Assembly: GCF_036321535.1 (NCBI RefSeq)
Contig: NC_087447.1
Location: forward strand, 44,456,001 to 44,520,000
Source of the DNA: Camelus dromedarius
Taxonomy: Eukaryota
Reading direction: 5' to 3'
Length of the DNA stretch: 64,000 nucleotides
In this document: piece by piece, positions 53,531-64,000 of the stretch
How positions within the stretch are numbered: the stretch's first letter is position 1
How the letters are laid out: the number at the start of each line of letters is the position of its first letter
Translations under genes and position numbers: made by a program
The notes under the pieces: model-generated
The model's input: only the letters and a program-made list of their open reading frames with translations
Told to the model about the DNA's origin: nothing
Databases searched by the model: none

Positions 53531-53971
53531 CTGTGGCCCAGGCTGGGCCCCGACCTGGGATGCGCTCAGTGTCCTCAATGCAGGCCCCATCTGAGCCTGC
53601 CCTGGGCAGCCTCAGACCACGATTGGCCACAGGGGAGGCCGGCTCCCCATCCCAAAGTCCTCCAGCGGGGGCGGGTCTCATGTCTTACCCTGGCCCTGTC
53701 AGAGTACCAGCATCACGAGGCCCTATTGGGCACTGACCTGTGGCCAGGTCCAATGTGGGGAGGAAGATGAAGGAGGCAGCAGCCCTGGGGTCTCCTCAGT
53801 GAGGGTTTCTTGCCCTGTGCCAGCACCCTGAGATGGAGCTGAGACTTTATTTATTGGGGGGTAGGGGGATGGGGGCAGTCCCTCCAATCTGTTTGGGCCC
53901 AGCTCCTTTGGGTTCCAATGACACCCCTGCCCCTGCCCAGAACCAAGTGCCAATTCTCACTCTGGAGCCTT

Positions 53972-53977
53972 AATAAA
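53972..53977 (+). terminator. DCHS1: DCHS1 polyadenylation signal
   Basis: First AATAAA after the stop codon, followed by GT/T-rich and G-rich downstream sequence. Confidence 0.85.
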
Positions 53978-54814
53978 CTGCAGTTTGTATCCAGTGTCCA
54001 GCTCTCTTCTGTGGGGGGCCATAGGAATGGGGGGAGGGGTGACAGGAGGGCATTTGGCATATTGTGGACACCTCAGGAGGCACAGGAGGGTGCTGGACAT
54101 AGGGGCATCTAGGGTGGGGGTAGGTGGGGATGGCACTGACAGCCCGGGCCTAGCCTGAGGCTGACTATCACTTCTCTCTGCAGTCGCCCTTTCCCTCCAG
54201 CATGGACAGGAGGCCAGGAGAAGGCAGACAGCAGGGGCTTGTGGCAATGAACTAGAGAGAGACTAGAGAGAGACTGGCAGGGTGGGGAGAGATCTTGGAG
54301 ATGACCAGCCTCTAGGTTTGAGGCTCTTCAAGGAGGTGGGGGTGGATACAAGAGCAGCCAAGTGGTTTACTCGTTTTTCTTGGGGCCACTATATATCCTC
54401 ATGTTATAAGAACTCACATTTGTTGAGCCTTTGCCATATGGGGCCCTTTACTGAAAGGTTTGCCTGCTTTTATCTTTGTAAATATTCACCGCAACCCTAC
54501 AAGGCAGAGCACTTTTAACATAATGGTCTCCGTATTCTACATGAAGAAACCTAGGCTCCGAGACGTTAAGTGACTTTCCTTATGTCATACAGAGTAAGAA
54601 CCCGGGTCTGTGGGTCTGTGGGCCTCCAGAGCTCCTTTCTTAAGCACCTCCTTCACCGTGGTGAGTCCTGGATTCTGGCAGCAGGTCGGGAGCCCTGGGT
54701 TAACCCAGTGCTTGACAGGCCCCACCCCTTACCCAGCATTCAGAACCACCCATTCGAGGGAGGAGCTAGCACCGTCACTAGTTCCTAGGCCGAGAGCGGT
54801 GGTGGTGGTGGAGC

Positions 54815-54835
54815 TCACGTGACCTATCACATGAC
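54815..54835 (+). promoter_or_regulatory. TPP1: TPP1 promoter tandem E-boxes (CLEAR TCACGTGAC plus M-box-type TCACATGAC)
   Basis: TCACGTGA at 54815-54822 and TCACATGA at 54827-54834, just upstream of the ATG. These match MiT/TFE (TFEB/TFE3/MITF) sites of lysosomal genes. Confidence 0.85.
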
Positions 54836-54857
54836 AGCGGATCTGCAGAAAGGCAGA

Positions 54858-59779
<4,922 letters not shown>

Positions 59780-60229
59780 CCCTTTCCTGCTAGGAGAGGG
59801 GGTCTGTCCCCTGCCCCACAGCTGGTGGCTCGATTCCTTATTCTGCACTATTGGAAGTCCTGTTGAACCCTCAACTGTTGACTGCCACTGACAGCTTATC
59901 TCCCTAACCTCGAAACGCTTTGAGCTTGATTTGACTGCCAACCCGGCCTGCCCCATCATACTCAGGTCCCCCTACTCCTGCCCCAGGTTCCTCTACAAGA
60001 TGCTATAACCAGCACTGTTTGGGACTCTCCCCTGCAGACTCCACCCCCCATCTTCTTTCTCTTGTCAACCAGGCTTTTCTAAAGGATTGTCTACCCTGTC
60101 TGGGTACACTATTTCACTTCATCTTCACTCCTTAATTCATTGCTGTGAGGTTTGCTCTGATTTTTCACTCTTTCCTCTCCTGACATGGAGAAACAAAGGC
60201 CTCCCTGCTGCTTCATCCTGTGCACACTT

Positions 60230-61615
60230 CCCAATCTTTGCTTTATGGGCTTTCTATCATAGTTGCCTACTCCCTCTCGAGACTTCCTTAGCTTCAGGAC
60301 TTAACTTCTCTGGCCACTTCCTCTTCCTCCCCCATTCCCTCTTTCCTCCTTCTCTTTCTCTGCTTCCTTATTGAATGTTGGTGTATTTCATTGCTCCATC
60401 CTTAGTCTTTTGCTCTTCTCACTCTACTCATTGTCCATTGGAACAAATCAATCACTGGCATCCACAGCCATCACCATCTCATTAAAATCAGACTTTCTGT
60501 TCAACAGTGATTAATACCTTAAAAGCCAGATGTGTGATGCTCAATACTTCATCTTTCTTCTTCCCAGTCCCAAACTCTTCTCTATGTTTCTTCCAACCAA
60601 GCCAGAAACCTAAAGTGCCATCCTAGATTCCCATTTCCTTCACCTCCTTCCATCATCACCTTCAATCAACAAGTCCTACTGACTTGACCTCTTCAGTATA
60701 TCTTTATCAATCCACAAGTCTTGCCAATTATATTTCCCACGTATATCTAGAACCCATCTGTTTCTCTCCACCTCTACTGCTACATTAGCTTTGACTCATA
60801 TTCTCTTTCTTCTGAATTGTGAGGGCCCTTTCGAGATGTGTCCTTACTTCCCATCCTTCCCTAAACCACCTACCAGAGTAAGATGCAAATTCCATGAGGT
60901 CATTTACTTGATTAAGATTCTTCAAAGATTACTGGATCTGGTCTGGGCTTTTTATCGACTCATAAACCTAATCCCTTCCTTGCTATTTGTTCCTGAGTAA
61001 CAAATTGTTTATGCTTCCCTGCTCTCCCCACACACATTTTCACTTTTGCTCAAGCTGTTCTGTGCCCTTAACACTCTCCCTGGCTCCCTTTGCCTGGCTG
61101 ATTTCCAGGATTCTTTCAAGACTCAGCTCAGAAATCACCTTTTCTTGTGAACCTTTTGGCTCCCTGAAGCTAGCTGATTTCAGTATAGCAGAAAAATTCT
61201 GGATTTTTGAAACCAAATCAGTTTGATTCTTGGTTCTGATAAAGACTGGAAAAGAGCCCTGGACAAGTAAATTCATCTCTCTGAGCCTTTTCCCTCACCT
61301 GTTAAGTGAGGATATTGATACCTGCCTCTCATAATATTAAGGGAATCATTAAATGGAATAAAATTGATAGAATGCCTGACTCAGAAGTAGGCAGCAGCCG
61401 TTAGTTCCATTCCTCCCTTGCCTGCACACTTTGTGTCTACCTCCAGTATTGTAACTCCCACATATTGTCAAAATTGCCAGTTTACCTGTTTGCCTTCCTT
61501 TCCAAGACCGTTGGTGCCTAGAGGACTAGAATCTTGTCCTACTAGAAATCTGCGTTCAGAGGCCCTAGCTCAGGACTGGCAAATAGGAATTAAATAAATG
61601 TTTGCTGCATTGAAA
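60230..61615 (+). mobile_element. LINE-2 remnant (with a MIR piece at ~61,185-61,400) forming most of the TPP1 3' UTR
   Basis: L2-like motifs AAGCCAGAAACCT...ATCCTAGATTCC and an L2-type 3' end GGCAAATAGGAATTAAATAAATGTTTGCTGCATTGAA. Confidence 0.6.
61593..61598 (+). terminator. TPP1: Probable TPP1 polyadenylation signal
   Basis: AATAAA ~1.8 kb after the stop with a GT/T-rich downstream element. An alternative AATAAA lies at 61357-61362. Confidence 0.65.
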
Positions 61616-61672
61616 ACCCCACTCTTTCACTAGATGTGATTTTTGCATATGTTGTTTACTCAGGCTGAAAGA

Positions 61673-61983
61673 CAGTCAGTTGTCTGTATCCTCAGGGTGC
61701 ATATCCACTGATTCAACCAATCACGAACTGAAGATATTTAGGGGAAAAAAAAAACCCGAAAAGTTACGAGAAACAAATTTACCACCCACCAGCAACTATT
61801 TGCATAGCGTTTACATTGCATTAGGTATTATAAGTAATCTAGAGATGATTTAAAGTATACAGTGCAAATACTATGCCATTTTATATAAGGGACTTGAGCA
61901 TCCAATCCGCAGATTTGGGTATCCAGTGGGGTCCTAGAACCATTCCTGCCCACTCCTCGCCACCTACACAGAGGGTGGACTCT
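61673..61983. mobile_element. MER2-like TcMar-Tigger element
   Basis: CAACTATTTGCATAGCGTTTACATTGCATTAGGTATTATAAGTAATCTAGAGATGATTTAAAGTATAC is characteristic of MER2. Confidence 0.8.
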
Positions 61984-62249
61984 ACCTCCCTCCCCATCTA
62001 CAGCAGCACTGTGCGAGCTCTTCTGATGCCCTCACTTTGTGCAGCTGGCGGGGAGAGGAGCTTTCCAATTCTACTACAAACCCTTAACAGGCTGAATAAG
62101 GGAACTAGAAAGGATGCAGATTAACAGGCAACCAGTGTTGGAGAGGTGTCAGGGCGAGGAGCCCCAAAGCAGGGACTTCAGGCGTCAGGCTGGGTGAGGG
62201 GGTCCCAGACTCACAGAATAGAGTCCTCGACATTCATTGGCCCCCAGCC

Positions 62250-62504
62250 CAGCGGAACCGCCTCAGTACGGCGGGGTGGGAGGTGAAATGTCCGCGCTAC
62301 CGCGATTGTCCTACGCTCGGTCTCCGCCCTTGGGCCTTTGTCATCTAGCGGGCTGATAGGCAGCGAAAAGAGGCGGGAAGCCTAAAGGAGGAGCGAACAT
62401 GGCGTGGGAGGGGCGAGTCGCAGGGCTGTGACGTCACCCCTGGTGTGTGCGTAACGTGGGCGGAAGCGGAAGCGGCTCTGTTCGCCGCCTCTCCCACCGG
62501 CCCG
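62250..62504 (+). promoter_or_regulatory. TAF10: TAF10 CpG-island promoter with YY1, CRE and tandem ETS motifs
   Basis: AACATGGCG (62396-62404), palindrome GTGACGTCAC (62428-62437), CGGAAGCGGAAG (62461-62472). Confidence 0.8.
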
Positions 62505-63818
62505 ATGAGCTGCAGCGGCTCCGGCGCGGACCCCGAGGCGGCGCCGGCCTCCGTCGCCTCGGCCCCGGGCCCGGCGCCCGCGGTCTCAGCCCCCGCCGCG
62601 CTGCCCGCCGGCACCGCTGCGGAGAACAAGGCCAGCCCCGCGGGGACAGCAGGGGGGCCTGGGACTGGAGCCGCGGCAGGGGGCACGGGACCCGTGGCGG
62701 CGCGGGCCGGGGAGCCGGCCGAGCGGCGCGGGGCGGGTGAGCGCCGGGACGGGTGAGGGCGAGGGCAGCGCCTTGGGCTTGGCCCAGCGGCGTGTGAGGG
62801 CAGAGGGTATAAGGCAGACCTAGCTGGGCCCCTGCGCCTCCCATCTCCGTGTCTCAGTTTGCTGGTTCTCCTCCAGCTCCGGTGTCGGCGGGCGGCGCGG
62901 CGCCCCCGGAAGGTGCCATGTCTAACGGGGTTTACGTGCTGCCAAGCGCGGCCAACGGAGACGTGAAGCCGGTGGTATCCAGCACGCCTCTAGTGGACTT
63001 CCTGATGCAGCTGGAGGATTACACGCCTACGGTGGGCTTCCCGCCTGAACAAGGCTATTAGGCTTCTGTCACGCCAATTTCTGCCACTCCACCTGGATTT
63101 GCAGCCTCCTCTTCTTGTATTTACTCCCCTACTGGCTCTTATGATTTATGTCTTCTGCCCACCCGAACTGGGAGCTTCCTGATAGCCAGGCCTGTTCTCT
63201 GTTTCCCTTACCCTCCCACTCTCAGCCCAGCAGTGCACAGGGCTAACACTGACAGTCGTCTAATTGATTTCTCAGATCCCTGATGCAGTGACTGGTTACT
63301 ACCTGAACCGTGCTGGCTTTGAGGCCTCGGACCCACGCATGTGAGTAATCTCTGGGCAGGTTAGAGCCTTGGGTGCTTGTGTGGAATTTGTTGTCCCATC
63401 TCCTTCTCATACATTTTTTTTCTCTCTAGAATTCGGCTCATCTCCCTAGCTGCCCAGAAATTCATCTCAGATATTGCCAACGATGCCCTACAGCACTGCA
63501 AAATGAAGGGCACAGCCTCTGGCAGCTCCCGAAGCAAGAGCAAGGTGTGAGGGGTGGTTCACTGAATCAGTAATTACCTCCTACAGCAGCAGAGGCTTAA
63601 TTTATCCTGAAACCCCTTTGAGGGAAACTTAAGCCCTAGGGGAGGTGAAAGACCTACTCAGGGCCACCCACCTGGGACTGGAATCTGGAATTTCTGTGTT
63701 CAGCTGGTACTCTTCCCTCTTCCCTCAGGACCGCAAGTACACTCTAACCATGGAGGACTTGACCCCTGCCCTCAGCGAGTATGGCATCAATGTGAAGAAG
63801 CCGCACTACTTCACCTGA
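62505..63818 (+). CDS. TAF10: Transcription initiation factor TFIID subunit 10, 218 aa. join(62505-62736,62877-63031,63276-63340,63430-63544,63729-63818)
   Basis: [17 protein letters not shown]-terminus, histone-fold region [17 protein letters not shown]...[18 protein letters not shown], the RSKSKDRK motif and the C-terminus KKPHYFT. 657 nt, GT-AG introns. Confidence 0.97.
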
Positions 63819-63864
63819 GCCACCCAGCCTAAATGTACTTGTCTGTCCCTTTGTCCCCACACCA

Positions 63865-64000
63865 GCCTGTTTTCATAATAAACTTTATTGTGACAGGCAG
63901 GGCTGATCCCTCCCATGCTGGGAGACACCGTGTGGCAAGTGACAAAAGCTTTGAGCCCACTCCCTTTTGGGGCCACAGTGGTAGGGATGGGGACAGGGGT
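63865..64000 (-). other. ILK: 3' UTR end of a convergent gene, expected to be ILK (coding part outside the window)
   Basis: Minus-strand AATAAA at 63884-63889. ILK is the known tail-to-tail neighbour of TAF10 in mammals. No ILK coding sequence is visible here. Confidence 0.65.
63877..63882 (+). terminator. TAF10: TAF10 polyadenylation signal
   Basis: AATAAA 58 nt after the stop codon. Confidence 0.9.

Noticed and set aside
53528..53770. Open frame continuing after the DCHS1 TAG (possible stop read-through)
   Set aside because: Context TAG-CTG is not the strong TGA-CTAG motif, and open frames are expected in a GC-rich UTR.
62445..62504. In-frame GTG extension upstream of the TAF10 ATG
   Set aside because: Overlaps core promoter motifs and probably lies upstream of or at the TSS.

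Overview
Mammalian genomic DNA, most likely a camelid (alpaca/llama/camel), judged from two short tRNA-derived SINEs resembling the camelid Vic-1 family. The window is the conserved DCHS1-TPP1-TAF10 block, all on the + strand. A minus-strand poly(A) signal at the right edge fits the tail-to-tail neighbour ILK. Bases 1-19,300 are repeat-rich intergenic DNA (L1, L2, MIR, MaLR LTR, DNA transposons). DCHS1 has a CpG-island non-coding first exon (~20,090-20,337) and 20 coding exons giving 3,296 aa. TPP1 has 13 exons (563 aa) and TAF10 has 5 exons (218 aa). All three splice with GT-AG introns into uninterrupted frames. I found no new gene system. The most unusual signals are: a tailless 5S rRNA fragment with a target-site duplication (TSD); an isolated L1-5'-end-like insert with a 22-bp TSD; a 366-bp CpG-retaining segment bounded by a perfect 20-bp direct repeat in DCHS1 intron 2; a DCHS1 5' leader with a (CGG)9 tract whose poly-Gly frame is open into the CDS; a competing +4 splice donor on DCHS1 exon 2; and a bidirectional TAF10/ILK poly(A) element. 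Repeat family names are from pattern recognition, not database searches.
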